Assembly: GCA_013239625.1 (NCBI GenBank)
Contig: MU054187.1
Location: 434,001-496,000, forward strand
DNA from: Lama guanicoe
Lineage: Eukaryota
Direction of reading: 5' to 3'
Length of the DNA stretch: 62,000 bases
In this document: positions 1 through 13,300 of the stretch, one piece after another
Position numbering within the stretch: the first letter of the stretch is position 1
How the letters are laid out: each line of letters begins with the position of its first letter
Notes under the pieces: model-generated
What the model was told of the DNA's origin: nothing
Databases searched by the model: none
The model's input: only the letters and a program-made list of their open reading frames with translations
Program-made: the position numbers and the translations under genes

Positions 1-194
1 TGACACATTTATCATTAACTAAATGTGTTCAGGGTTCTTTAGTTTTTGCCTCATGTCCACTTTCCGTCCCAAGATCGGATCGCATCCAGGATATACTGTA
101 ATGTGAAACATTAAAAAATTTTTCTTACCACTTAGTTATACTACTGTTACAGTGGAGGTCTCGTTTCTGAATGCAGGTGATTGTAAAATGTCTT

Positions 195-351
195 TTTGTT
201 GTTGTTGCCTCTTTTTTTTTTGTTAGTTTTATTGGGGGGAGGTAGTTAGATTTTTTAAGTTTACTTATACTTGGAGGAAGTGCTGGGGATTGAACCCAGG
301 AACTCGTGCATGCTAAGCATGAGCTCTACCACTGAGCTATACCCTCCCCTA
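195..351 (-). mobile_element. tRNA-derived SINE, camelid Vic-1 type
   Basis: Reverse strand reads ggggagggtatagctcagtggtagagc...gggttcaatcccc (Pol III A/B boxes) plus an A-rich tail; 11-bp TSD taaaatgtctt at 184-194 and 352-362. Confidence 0.9.
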
Positions 352-3279
352 TAAAATGTCTTCTAAGTTATGAAGGGCTCAGAAAAAAAATGGAGTATTT
401 TTTTCTTTGATGGTAGGTCTATGTAAGGCATCTGGGTTGAAAACGAAACCAAAATAAAACCTAATTACCTTTTTCAGCAGTGGTCAGTATTATGTGTCCT
501 GGAACAGGAACTTGGTTAGCAGTGTTTTAGTTCCTCTGCTGCCTAGGAGGTTACTGTGCCATGCTCGGTGTGCCTCCAGGTCTTCTGAGCCTTACTTACC
601 CATCCTTTCTGTGGGAAGTTCGGGCAGTAGGATTTTGCTTGTTTTCTCCGTCTGCAGGATGGAGCTGTGTGGATGTGGGCAGACCTTGGGAGTAGCAGCA
701 GAAGAGGTTTGCCACTCGTGTTCTAACTGATGGTTCTGATGACCAGGTGAAGGCTATTTTACATGATGAACACGTGACAGAGGGTTGGGGTCTAAACCCT
801 GCCTTGCCAGGTGAGAGGTTTAACCTCACATTAACGGTTATGCAGCCAGATAGCAGGCATGCTTCAAGCAGTATATTCTTTGTAAGTACCGTAAGTAGGC
901 CATAGACTTTTCAGCCTAGTCACGGAATGTTACTGAAAAGTACAAGCAGTGCAGAGCTTGGTGTACTGTCCGTCATTCATGCTGTTGTCAGCTGCCGCCT
1001 AGATTATCAGTTGTGGTTTACTAAACACTGTTGCTGTAAGTGACTGTTACCTGAGAGGATATAGTTAAGTTATTGAAAACTTTTTCATTTTGTAGAATGT
1101 TTACGCTACCAGAAGCGACCTGGAGGGATGTTTACATTGTCTCCAATTGCAGCTCCCGGAGGCATAGGAGAGCCTCACACACTCCAGTGAGTGGGTGGGT
1201 GAGTGGTCTCCGTCAGGAAGACCTCACATCTTCCCCGGGGTCCTCACTTCCCTCGGAAATCCGTGCTAGAGAAGAGCCAGAGGCTGCTGTAGTTGACTGA
1301 CTTTCTTCCACTCCCTGGTTTATTCTAAGGGAAACATTCCTTCTTAGTTCTGAAGTAGACGTTGTTAGCAGCTTTCCTGGAGAATTTAAGTAACTTGTGT
1401 GTTCCCCCTGGTTTGTCTGTCTCGTTGGGGTATCTGTAAGGTGTCCAGCAGGTTCTTTGGTGACAGCTTGTTGCATTTGAATGCACCTCCCTACATGGTT
1501 CTCTTCTCACCCCCCCACCCCCCGCCACTGCCCAGATGAAGGGGTATGTTCATGTCAGCAGCACCTGCTCAGGACAGGCCTGTAAATATTGACAGAGGCT
1601 GAAAGTAAGCATCTCCGTAAAGTCCCACGTATTTACTGAGTGCCTCTTGTGGTGCCATCATTTCTTACGGTACGGTTTCCATGTAAGTGAGTTAATAATA
1701 AGGAAACAGATGAGTTAAGTCAAATCTAGCTTTCCCCCTTTGTATATTACAATGTTCCACTCATAATTTTTCCTTTTAGTTTACTTTTCTGAAGTGAAAC
1801 AGGACTAAAGGAGTATTTTGTGTTCAGATACGTTCATTGAATAAACTCAGGAAGTGGCCTGTGTTCTCCTTGTCCGAGTTGGTGCATGCACCGCCCGTCG
1901 ACTGTAAGAATAGTTGCCGAGTGTGGGGGAGTGGCTGGGCAGGGTGGCTTTGGCTGTAACCTGGAGTCCCAGGAGCACAACTCGCAGTCTGCTGTAGTGA
2001 TGCCTCCAAAACACGGGATGAAGTACTGTGCAATCCTCTAACCCAAAGGTTGTTCTACTTCAGAAGGCATAGCACAGATGCTTCAGCTATACAGCATTTA
2101 ACTTGAGATTTTTCTTCAGGTTTATCTTTTCTACCATATTTCATCAATTCTAAAACATTTTAGTGTCTGAAATGAATTTGTGTCCTATAGTTTAATTGGC
2201 AGTGTTTTTAAAGTTTTTAAAATTATGATTAAAAAAGAAAATTAAAAAATTCATCATATAGTTGATGCCATCTAAGATTTGATGAAAAGCAATATTTAAA
2301 AATTATTAAAAAGCTGTCAGTGAGGTGAGTATATACCAGATTTTAAAATACTGGGTTTTACAAACATATTAACATGTTTTCTCGTTTATTAATTGAATAT
2401 TAAGCAATTTGTTATAAATTTAAACTTAAATGTATTCCATTGAAATAATTTTTAACCTCAGTCATTTTTTGCAATATTCGTTTTAGAGACAAAAGTTAAA
2501 ATTGCTGTACTTGATAAGCCTTCATATCAGAAGACCGTTATATTCTGATTTTTTCTGTGAGTTATATGTGAATATGATTTTTATTATTAAATCAAAAATT
2601 GTATAAATTCACAGAATCTGAAGTTATAATTCGGTTGTGATCAATGTGTTGATGTAAGTCATACGCCTTCATGTCAGTAGTTGTATGTTCTTGACATTTC
2701 TGACATCATTTTCAGTGATGGTGTCTAGGTTAGGGTTGTAAGTGCTTTTTTGAAATAGTCAGTGGGGGTGATGGCCCAGTTAGGATTGTGGAACAGAATT
2801 TATTCTGAGTCAAGATCTGGGATGGGAATTAATGATTTCGGCATTGCTCCTTGACGGAGTGTTCACAGCCAACACTGGGAGTTCCTGGGTGTGCTGGGAG
2901 GAAGCGGTGTGTGCAGTCCAGGGTAGAGGGCGGTGCGGAGGCAGCACAGAACGCCGTCGTTGCTACTGGTACTACGCTGAAGTGTGCTGTTGCATGTGTG
3001 GATATCTTTATAAGGTAAAAAGGCCCAGTGAGTTTGCAGCATCAGTTGCAGGTTATCTTTGGGTCTATACTGAGGTATGTTGAAAGCTTTGGTAATTATG
3101 GTCAAGGGGTATGTGTTGCTAGCAGACCTGTTTTTTCATTTACACAGTTAATGTAATTCATGTACTTGAAGATGGTATTATATGCTGTTTTAAGCATGTG
3201 ATGTGGTTCACTGAATGTATGCCAGTGGGCCTCTTGCTGAACATTTTCGTCCTGATTACTTTTCCACCTGTCCTTTACT

Positions 3280-3750
3280 CCTTCAGTTACCTACTGCTGT
3301 GTGAGAAATCACCTCAAAACATCGTGGCTTCAAACAGTCATTTATTCTTATGATTTGGGGGCTGACTGGGTGGTTCTGTGGGTCTCACATCACGTGACAG
3401 TGGGCTGGGCCTTTTGCCCAGGTGCCTCGGCTCTGTCCTCGTGGCTGCTCTAGGGGACCTGTTTGGACTTCCCTCACCTCGTGACGGTGTCTGGGTGGTC
3501 AGACTTGTGTATGGTGGTTGGCTTCCAAGAGGACCAAACAGAAGCTACCAGGCCTCCAAAAAGGCTCGTCCCAGAACCGCACCAGCATCCCTGGTGCCAC
3601 GTGCTGTCAGAACAAGTGTCATGACCAGCCCAGATTCCCATGCAGGGAAGTGGCCTGTCTCTGGTTGGGGGGGGGGGCTCGTGCCTCAAGGCAGGAGGGT
3701 TCATGGCGGCTCCAGTGGCCCTTTGCGCTCCTCGCGCTTTGTTCTGGGGG
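3280..3750 (-). mobile_element. Old MaLR LTR fragment (MLT1H/I/J-like)
   Basis: Starts tcagttacctactgctgtgtgagaaatcacctcaaaac..gtggcttcaaacag and contains gaccagcccagattc, typical of antisense MLT1. Boundaries approximate. Confidence 0.6.
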
Positions 3751-3823
3751 CGATTTCAGCCAAACCATATGAATGTTTAAAAATTCTACAAAAACCCCAC
3801 AAAAAACAAAAAAGCAAGAAAGA

Positions 3824-3954
3824 GGGAAGGGCATAGCTCCAGGGGTAGAGCACATGCCTAGCTTGCACGAGGTCCTGGGTTCAATCCCAGTGCCTCCTCC
3901 AAATGTAAATAAACAAACAAACCTAATCAACCCCCCATAAAAACAAAAATAAAC
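3824..3954 (+). mobile_element. Vic-1-type SINE
   Basis: gggaagggcatagctccaggggtagagcacatgcctagc...gggttcaatccc...aacctaat...A-tail; 10-bp duplication aaaaattcta at 3779-3788 and 3955-3964. Confidence 0.88.
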
Positions 3955-5200
3955 AAAAATTCTAGTTATATTTTGTCAAAGTACCTCTTCAGCAAGATAC
4001 GATCAGTTTCCAGTGATGCATATTGGTGGATAAATACAGTTTTCCACTTTTTCCGTGACTGTTTACCATGTTCTTACTTCTATGGAACTGTAATAATGTT
4101 ATATTGTGTTAGTCTGCATGTTTTTAAAATTTTCTCGTTGGGTTAGCAGCTGTATTTCATGTTTGTCTATGAAGTATGTATTACCCACTTACTGCTTGTT
4201 CGGTGGAGCTGGTTATTGATCTTATAGGGTTTTAGTGGTTTAAAAATCAGCTTAAAAGTTTTATACTTACATTTACTACTTTTCCTCCTTTGCTTTTTTT
4301 TTAAAAAAAACTTCTTAGGACAGGATCATGTCTCACATTCTGAAGTGGTCCAACACGGAGCTGAAAAGCCCTGAGTCTGGAAGGAGCTTTAGGAATAGCC
4401 TGGCGCACCGAGGAGTCTGAACCCAGAGAGGGAGGGCAGAGGCCTGGCAGCAGGCTTTCTTCCTTCGCCCCAGCCCAGGGGACTCCCCTCCTGAAGATGG
4501 GCTTTTACGTGTTGCTCATCAGCCAGGTTGGGGTGGACAGGAGGTCCCTCGTGTCGCTCAGCTAGTCCCACATTTTACATCACAGTGTGCAGAGTGTAAG
4601 AAGAAACCACTGTTTGCCCAGGGTCATCTGTCTGGTTTTGTGGTAGAGCAGAACTACTACTTCATAGAAGTTTCGTGTTGCCTTTTTCATCTAAGCATTT
4701 CTAGTGCTCTGATTTTTGTCCTGCAGCCCTGATGCACACGCAGGCTCTGTCAGTGCCAGGCCTCCGGCCTCGCACAGGTCCTGGCTAGTAGCTGGTGTTT
4801 AATTTTGGTTATTGGAAAGAAATAAAGAAAATCACAGAATATAATGAACCACATTTTTCTTGGTTAAGGCATTTAAGCTTTCTTCCCTGATTGCTCTCTG
4901 TCACAACAATACTCTTCTTGCTTTGTTGCCTCAGCTCCTCGAGGTCTGTGCTTCAGACCCCCCTGCATCCTCATGGCTGCAGGTACCCTCTGAATTTGAA
5001 GGCACACCTGTCCTTCAGGCAGTTCTGGCTCTTTGCTCATTATACTCAACGGCCGTCTCCAAACACTGCCTACCGTTCTCTCCCTCGTTTTGGAACTATC
5101 CTTCCTTTTCTGTTCAAAAGGAAGATACTAAACACTAGAAAAATGCATAGAAACACATGCACCCACCCCCGAGCTCTCTCAGATGCTAATAAATTATTCT

Positions 5201-5335
5201 GTTTTTTTGGCGGGGGGGGGTGGGTAATTTGGTTTGTTTATTTAAATTTTTTTTAATGGAGGTTCTGGGGATTGAACCCAGGACTTCGTGCATGCTAAGC
5301 GTGCCCTCTACCACTTGAGCTGTACCCTCCCCCCC
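5201..5335 (-). mobile_element. Vic-1-type SINE
   Basis: A/B boxes on the reverse strand; perfect 13-bp TSD aataaattattct at 5188-5200 and 5336-5348. Confidence 0.9.
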
Positions 5336-6429
5336 AATAAATTATTCTTGCTTCAGGTGGTTTTTTTGAGAAAACATTAGTGATACCCTTCCAAGGACAC
5401 CTAGGCCCCTCCCTCTTTGCCCAGAGGCGATCACTGCCCTGGCTTTGGAGTATATTCCACAAACGTCTTTGTGCTTTGGCTACTTAGCAAGACTGAAACC
5501 ATGCACCCATTAAACACCACGTTTTAACATTTTAGCGCTGACGGTGCTTGTAGCTCTGCCGCTCTCACTTCGCCTGCAGCACTGGTCTGTCGTGGGTTAC
5601 ACTGTGCTGTGCTTGGGGGGTTTCTAATTTTTCACTGTGGGAGGCCCCCCCCCCACAGCTGTCCTGGCATCTCTGCGTGTCACCGCTGTCCTCCCAGAGC
5701 AGCTGTGCAGCTCTTCTGCCCGCCGAGATGGGCGAGCTGCCGCCTCTGCTGCTTCGCCTGCCAGTCTGGTGGGTGTCACTGCAGTGGGATTCATGTCTCC
5801 CTGCGTACTGTTGAGGCTTCTGTTCTTCATGTTGCATGTGAAGAGTCCCCTCCTCAAGGAGAACTTCCCTGTCCCTTCTTTTGGGGTTGTTGGTCCTTTC
5901 TAGGAGCTCCCAGAGGGTTTCTCACGTTGTGTTGTGCTGTCTCTAACCGTCCTCTCCGCCTGGTGTCAAGTGCCTGGCACGGTGACTGCATCTGGTGGTA
6001 GTCAGAGGTTTACTGAGTGAAGAGGTGAGTTAAATGTGCACGTCCGTGGATGTGGCCAAATCAGGTTTCCCTGTGCTTTGCTGCCTAATGTGTGTGTGTT
6101 CCTCTGTGTGTAGTGTTTTTGTAATTTTGTTTCATCCCATTAAGGAAGAGAAGAATGTTAAAACCAAACAAATATTTGAGTGTTAACTTTCCGAAAAATT
6201 AGAAGGTATTATTCACAGAGCTCTTTTATACAAGCTTCTGTTAATACATGATTTTAAGCACTGCAAAGTCAGAGAGTAAGTCCCTATTTCTTGGACTTTT
6301 AAAATTTTGAAACTTTCTTTACGGTGTTTTTCTTTATATAGTGTGTTTCACCAATGAGTATTTTTTGAAATATATGTATTTTAGGTTGTGCACGTTTTGT
6401 TGTCTCCCTGCTTTTTTACTTTCTGAAAG

Positions 6430-6640
6430 ATGCAGTGTACAGTAATGGAAAGAATTGTCCCATGTTGTGGAATATGAGTTCACTTGTGACTCAGTACTAG
6501 GTTGCCATGATCTTGAATGGGTTACTTCATGTCTTGGGTCTTTGTAAAATGTAGATACATCTGCTCTTCATACCTCAAAAGATTTTTCCTTTATTCAGAT
6601 AGCTGAGTGTATGAAGAAGTACTTTGAAAAAATATAAAAT
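6430..6640 (+). mobile_element. MIR-like SINE remnant
   Basis: Degenerate MIR core (gatcttgaatgggttacttc...tgtaaaatg...tacctca). Confidence 0.45.
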
Positions 6641-8088
6641 GATGGTTATATTACGTCCCTGAACAGGAGTGTTTTGCTTTGAGCACATCAGTATGTGACA
6701 TACGGAAAGGTTCTTTCTAAGAGCATTCAGATTAATTTTGTGAAGCTGCCCCCACAGCTGGTCAGGATGTGTTCTTGTCCCGTTAGATTTGTAGGGGTTG
6801 GGGGTGTTTTAGCAGGAGCCAGAGAAATGAGTGCCGTCCAGGACTGGCTCCGTGCATTGAGTGCAGAGCAATGGCTGGGAGCTTGGGCTTTGGAAGTGCC
6901 TCCCCCACTCACTCTCTGTGACGTTAGGTTGAACCTTGTGAAATCACTTTCTGTTGGTTAAAAAGATGCGTGAATATCAGCAGTTTGGTCATAAGGTTCA
7001 ACCTAGTAATTTAAGCCTTAATTTTCTTAGTGAAATGATGATGTGAGAACAAAATTTACATGATGAGATTTAATACTTCTCCCTGTGAAGCTTTTAGCGA
7101 GTGTCTGTCTTTAGGAGATGCTCAATAAATAAAGTTTTAACTAAGCTAGCCTGTTGGGGGTTTGAGGGGTCTTAGAATTCCCAGAGGGAGCAGGAACCAG
7201 GAACTCAAGTTACAGGTGGGACTTCTCAGGGGTTCCATCCTAACAGTGTGCCCTCAGGTATGTGGAAGGGCAGCAGAAGCCCATGTGCCTAAGAGAACTC
7301 CGCAGGGGCAGGTAAGCCGGGGGCCCCAGAAGCTCTCCTCCTTAACACCACAGCCACCCCGGGCAGCGGGGTGAGGGGAGAGGGACCCATGGCCAGCGGG
7401 GCTCACGAGGACCAGCTGAGGAGGGCTGGGGAACAGAGAAGGTGGAGGAAAGGCACTCCATCCCTGTAGGTGTTGTCCTTGAAGTTTTGAGCAGGTGAAG
7501 AGGAAGTTACAAAATTATGAGTCATGATCTCATTCTGCGAAAAAACATAGAAATCATGTGTTTTTATGTATGGGAAGTAACCTGAAAAGAAATACACTAA
7601 AACGTTAATAATTATTTCTAAGTGTTTCTGGGTTTTGTATCCCAGACAGTTCGCTGTTATTTGGAACTAGAATTCACCTGGACCTCTCTCTCTCTCTCTT
7701 TTTTTTTTTAGTGTTATTTCGGAACTTTCTTAATTTAGATGATTAATTGCAAACTGATACTAAATTTGCTTTCATTTCTTATGTTTCTGTGAGTAGATTG
7801 ACAGATATATTACTTTTTATGGTCTTATTTATGCTTTTTCCCCTGTAACTGAAAAAGGTAAAAATTTATGAGTTAAAAATGGGAAGTCCTTATTCTTGTT
7901 AAATACAGCATTTCAGAAGACTCATACTAGTTTTTGGGTGGCAGTCTTTATGCCTTTGTTTCTGGTATCGTGGGAATTAAGGGCGCATGATTAGGAATCT
8001 GACAGCCTTCAGATTAATGAAAAACGAATCACTTTCTAGGTTATTTGCATTCAGAGTCTTGCTTTTGAATGTTGTCTTCGGTCTCCTC

Positions 8089-8226
8089 CCGTGGGTGGGG
8101 GCCCCCTGCGATGTGGAGGGAGGGGCCTGGTTGGTGGGTGGTTGGGGGCGTGGGTTTCCGTGGGTGGGGGCCCCCTGCGATGTGGAGGGGGGGACCTGGT
8201 TGGTGGGCGGCTGGGGGCGTGGGTTT
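8089..8226. repeat. Two-copy 69-bp G-rich tandem duplication
   Basis: ccgtgggtgggggccccctgcgatgtggaggg...gggggcgtgggttt begins at 8089 and 8158 with few mismatches. Confidence 0.95.
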
Positions 8227-9424
8227 TGGGCTTGGCTTGTCAACCAACTAGTAGTGAAGTGGCTTTAGGGTTGATAACCCCCTTCCTCTAAAGTGTTAGA
8301 TGTTCCACTGGATGATCTCTGAGGTTCTTCTGGGCCTAAAAAATTGACAAAATTTTAAGGGTTTCATCTTTTAGGAAGGAGTGGTATCTGGGCTACTTTT
8401 TTTTCTTTAAATGAAGATCCCAGACTAAGGGGATTAAAGTCTTTGACGCTGTTAAACAGCATCAGTAATGAGCAGCACACCCACATCTCCGCACACAGGA
8501 AAGGGCTCAGGTGGCCGCGATCCTGGGGCAGCGTGGCGCACACGTCGCTTTCACGGACCAGCAGCCCCACCTGGTGGCTTTTTCTCTTCACAGACATCGG
8601 TGTCGGGTGAGATGCAGCCAGTGCCCATCCCTGAGCTTGGAAATAGAGCTCCCTGGTTTTTGTTCGTTTGTTTTGAGTCTTATTCTTTAAAAACAAAATA
8701 GTCTTAGCTGCCATAACCTTTCAAATGTTAGCATCGCCAATAATTGTTCTATTAATCTTAGAACTGTTTCCCCAAAGTGCTGTGCAGAGAAATGGTGAAA
8801 AGTTGAGCAGTTGCTAGGTGTGTCGCTTTTATGGCACTTACGTAAAAAGAAACGTTAATTTGCATTGTTTGCTTTGTAGTTCTGGAAGCTCATAAAGGTC
8901 GCCTGACTGAGTTGTTTATAAAAAGGAGGCAACGAAGTTCTACACAGATGGAGGGTTTTTCTCGGGGAGCGATTTCATGATGGGAAGGGGAGTCACACTC
9001 CTTCAACATTAGTACTCAGCAGCAGGGTGTGTGGAGGCCGAGACCGCACACCCCGGGAAGAGCGCTTGCCCAGGGCTGTGCGGAGAGGGATCTGCCGCTT
9101 GGAGTGACGTGTCAGGGCCGGCCCTCAGGGTGGTGCGGGGAGCTCGGACTCTCACAGCTTAGACGGAGGAGAGTAGGAGTTGATATGCAACCTGCTTAAC
9201 ATGGATACTGAAACGAGCATTTCACAGTCAGCATTTATTCTGTTTCAGATGGATTACCTTGTTTAAGTGATCTGTGAGGTAGAAACTGCTTTCTCTCCCT
9301 GTGTAGAAGAGAAACCTGTGCTGGTCCCAAGTCGGGGCAGCAGCACCAGGAGCTGGACGGGTCAGTCTGCTTCCTGGCCTGGGCCTCGTGCACTTTCTAT
9401 GTGACAATGGTTAACAGAGTGATT

Positions 9425-9535
9425 TGGGTCTAGAACAGGGTTTTGATACTGGATTTGCCACTTACAGCTGTGCGACCTTGGGAAGGTCACTTAACTCCTT
9501 TAAACTTCAGTTTTCACAACTGTAAACTGGGTGCT
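9425..9535 (+). mobile_element. MIR SINE fragment
   Basis: gccacttacagctgtgcgaccttgggaaggtcacttaactcc..cttcagtttt..ctgtaaactggg is the MIR core. Confidence 0.7.
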
Positions 9536-10152
9536 TTTCAAATGGGGTAATTTATTTAAAATAGCACACAGTGTACAGTAAACGAGTCTGGGGAAACATC
9601 GACCAGGAAGTTACACCCCCTGGAAGTGGGTTCTCCAGGCGGGAAGGGAGCTGCTGGCAGGGCAGGCGGGACCAGGGCGCCGGCGAGAGACCACGGTGGG
9701 GCTGCTGCTGGAAGCCAGTGTTTCTCAGTGCATTTCTAAAAGTGGGTGGGGTATAAGTCTACTCTCCAAACATCACTGGAGGGGATACATAAATGAAACG
9801 GAGCTTTTATGAGCTTTCTCGTCATGCAGTGCTCTTGGCTAGGAACAGAAATCTCGGGTATGGAAAGTAATCACAACGATCCCTAATGGTTGGTACATGT
9901 TAGTATAAAGCTGATTATCAGGCGTTCACGTGCATGGTCTGTACTGCTGTTAACGTAAGCAGTGTTTTCTCTAGTGCTTCCATTTTGAAGGGCCTTTAGA
10001 TTCAGCATTTTCTGGGGCACAATGCTTTTTAAAGGGAATTTTGTCTTGGGGAAATACTTTGTAAAGGTTAATTTGGGAAAAGCTGGATTTGAAAATGTGT
10101 AGCCCTGATAATTACGAGATTTTTACATTTACACTGACGTTCTCTTGTATAG

Positions 10153-10301
10153 GAGTTAAAGTTCCTCGTAATTTTCGCTTGTTGGAAGAACTTGAAGAAG
10201 GACAAAAAGGAGTAGGCGATGGTACGGTTAGCTGGGGCCTCGAAGATGACGAAGACATGACACTTACCAGGTGGACAGGCATGATTATTGGGCCACCAAG
10301 G
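10153..10301 (+). CDS. UBE2V2: UBE2V2 (ubiquitin-conjugating enzyme E2 variant 2/MMS2) coding exon 2
   Basis: Encodes (G)[49 protein letters not shown], matching the UBE2V2 N-terminus. Acceptor ttctcttgtatAG ends at 10152, donor GTcagt starts at 10302; 149 nt, phase-1 start. Exon 1 (MAVST) is not in the window. Confidence 0.98.
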
Positions 10302-12720
10302 GTCAGTGCTGGAAATTACGTATTTTTCTATTACTATTTATTGTTACTTTAGAGTAAGCATTTTGCTTTGTGCTGTTGATACTAAAATAAACATGATAAC
10401 CTGTCACTGGATAATCCCTCACTTGTTGTGTACTTTGTGTGCGTTTGCTGGCACTTCCTCTGGAGAGTGTGGTGTGTGATTTTCTGGAGGCCTGGGGGGT
10501 GGGGGGTTGGTCCCCACTGTCAGAGCTTATGGTCTGTGGAAGAGAAGAACTGAATACGGAGGACGGAGTCTGACCTTGGCGGACAAAGTGCACTGCGGGA
10601 CTTCGGAGTGTGTTTCTTCTAGCTGGAATAGTTCGGCAAGGCTGGACAGTGGAGGAAGTTGCCTTTGGAGTGAGCCTTAAAGGACTGGCTGGTAGGATTT
10701 CAGAACATTCCAGATAGAGAGGAGAAAAGGTGAGGAGACGAGGGTCTCTGGGAAGAGCAAACCACATGCTCCGACACGACGTGTCACTGACCCGCTGTGC
10801 GGGCACCAGGGTGTCTGAGTGGGTTTGCGTCTCGTGCACAGCGCCCTCGGCCACTGACAGCGGACTCGCCTGTGCGCGTTCTGGCTCGGAACCCTCCTCA
10901 TCTGCGGAATTCAGGAAAGGCTGATTCTTTCTTTCTTCCAGCAGACCTGTTGTCTTTTACGCTTAGGTCTTTCTCAAGCTTATGACTGACTTTTTTGCGC
11001 AGTCTTTTCCAGATTGAGCAGCTTTTTCCGACACTGCTTTCCTTTTTCAGGGGCCCGTTTGCTGCACACCTTGCAGTGAGTCTTCGGAATAATGTCTTTT
11101 TGTGATGTTTTTTACTTGTTGGAACACAATTTGAAGTTCTTTTTAAGTTTTTGGTTTTGTGTACTGTTTGCTGCCTGTGTTGGGAGCATTTCAGCTGTTT
11201 TGCTGCTGGGTGTGATGTAGACTTCCTCTTGATTTTTACGAAAGAAAAATGGCCAGGTAATTAGCAGTGTTAACTTCACAGAATCAGTTAATGTATGTTT
11301 TATATTTTCTGGTATTCCTTTGCAAAATTTGCGCACTCAACCAGACTAACAAACTCTCTTCCTCCCACGGCTCTCATTTTTCCATGAGACATGTGAGGAA
11401 GGAAATACAATACTGGTGGTTAGAATTCTTGATGTTTTATAAATTGGTATGTGTAATGAAAACCTTGATTTTCACTGCCTGTGAACATCATCACCATGGT
11501 CTGGTAAAAGGGAAAAAAAGGTGCTTATAATTTATGAATATTCTTACTTAATGAATAACTTGAAGTTGGACAGTCTCAACCTGGCGGAGTATAAATTTGA
11601 AATTACTTAGATTTAGTTTTTCTCCAGCCATTACCTCTGGTGGACTTTAAACTTTGAGTGTTTTGTGTACGAGTGTCTCTGATTTTGTGGGCTGTCCCAC
11701 AGCCTAAGTCCCAGATGTCTCTCACTCAGTTGGGGTCACCAGCAGAACCCCCGAGCTGGCCACCTGTTCTGGTGTCACTGAGCACAGGAAGCTCCTGGGT
11801 CCCGCTGTGCCAGTGGGGGCCAGGGCTGTTGTAGCATAGGGTTGGGGATGGGTCTGTTCCCCGGGGCCCGAGACAGGATACTCCTGGCTGCCGCCCCCCT
11901 GGGGCTTCCCTTGCTGGGGCCTCCTCTCTCTGGGTGGGGGGTGGTAGTCTTGGGGCACCCCTCTTCCTGTGGTGCAGGAGGAGGCAGGAGGGCACAGCTG
12001 GAGAGACCCTGCACCCTTCCGGCCACACTGGCCCCTGCCCGACATCTCTGCTTCGTGTCACCCCCAGTGAGGCACGTGGGGCTGGGCCAAGGTGAGTGGT
12101 CCCAGCGCTCACCCAGCTGCCTTTTACCGAGGCCTGCAGGGGCCGCACTTCGGCTTGGTTGTTGTTTCCTTCCGAAGGTGCCAGAACATTTAGGACGGTT
12201 TTGTCCCCAGCTTCAGGTATCTACGCCCAGTTAGGATAGTAGAATCCTCACCTTAACATTGTTACTTGGTTAGTTGTTTCTCACTTTTCACGTGTTATTA
12301 GGATATCAGTTTTTAATGTTATTCTAGTATATATTTGGATTTATGTAATTGGCAGTTTTGTTTTTCCATATGTTTGTTTGTTAAATTTTCTAAAGCAATA
12401 TTTTTAGCATCAGAGGTTTAGTAACTTGCCCAAGTTTCCTTACATGTAACTGGAGGTGCTAGACCTATCTGTAGACGTTGAGAGAATTAAATGAATTAAT
12501 AATTAGACAATAGGAGAGTATCTGACTACAGTGCATAGTTGATAAACATTAGTTCCTTTTACTACTCTCTTTTCTGTTTTATCTTTCTCTTTCGTTAAAT
12601 TACAGAAAGACTTGGCTGTTAATGTAAAATTCAGAGGCGATAAAATTAATCCAAGGTGTCAAAAGTTAGGATGTTTAAGCGTTGTAGACTAAGTTAGAGG
12701 TTTTCTATTTGGAAAAAAAA

Positions 12721-13300
12721 TGGAGGTATAATTTACATACAGTGAAATGTGTAGATCTTATGTGAGTTTGGACAAATGCACCTCGTTACTACCCACACCC
12801 CTATCAAGATACAGAGTGTTCTTGTCACCCCAGAAATTCCCTGCACCCCCACCCCCGCTGCTTCCTGTGCCCCAGGGTAGTCTTCCCTGGTGCAGGACTT
12901 GGTGGGGGTCGTGCCGCCTGTGTGCTTACAATCTGCTGCTTCGGACTCAGTGGGACGCCTCAGGTTCAGCTCTGTTCCCACACAGGATGTGGCAGCGTGT
13001 TTCCTTTTATCACTGAGTGGTATCTCACAGTGTGGCTGCACCATTGTGTGCTTATCAGTCCTGTTCACGATACTCTCCAAATAAAGCTGCCATGATCACA
13101 AGTCTTCTTGTGAACCTAGGTTTGTTTCCATGTCTCTTGGATAAAATGCCTGGGATTGGAATTGCCACATCGTAGGGAGGTGTATGCTTATTTTTCTTGG
13201 TACGAGATGCCAGATTGTTCCCAGAATGGTTATACCACTCTGTACACCCAACAAAATGTGAGAGTTCTGATGGCTTCTGTGTACGTTGAGTATTTCTAAC
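12721..13300 (-). mobile_element. Old L1 (L1MB/MC-like) 3' fragment
   Basis: gaggtataatttacatacagtgaaatg...ataaagctgccatga...gggattggaattgc...ccagaatggttatacca is a typical antisense L1M 3' end. Confidence 0.75.

Noticed and set aside
270..350. tRNA-like sequences here and at ~3830, ~5270 and ~33455
   Set aside because: These are SINE heads with tails and TSDs, not tRNA genes.
4290..4400. Pyrimidine tract plus AG at ~4318 as a cryptic UBE2V2 exon
   Set aside because: An A-run interrupts the tract and I saw no convincing downstream donor.
10089..10352. 87-aa ORF as a stand-alone gene
   Set aside because: Only 10153-10301 is exonic UBE2V2; the rest is intronic read-through.
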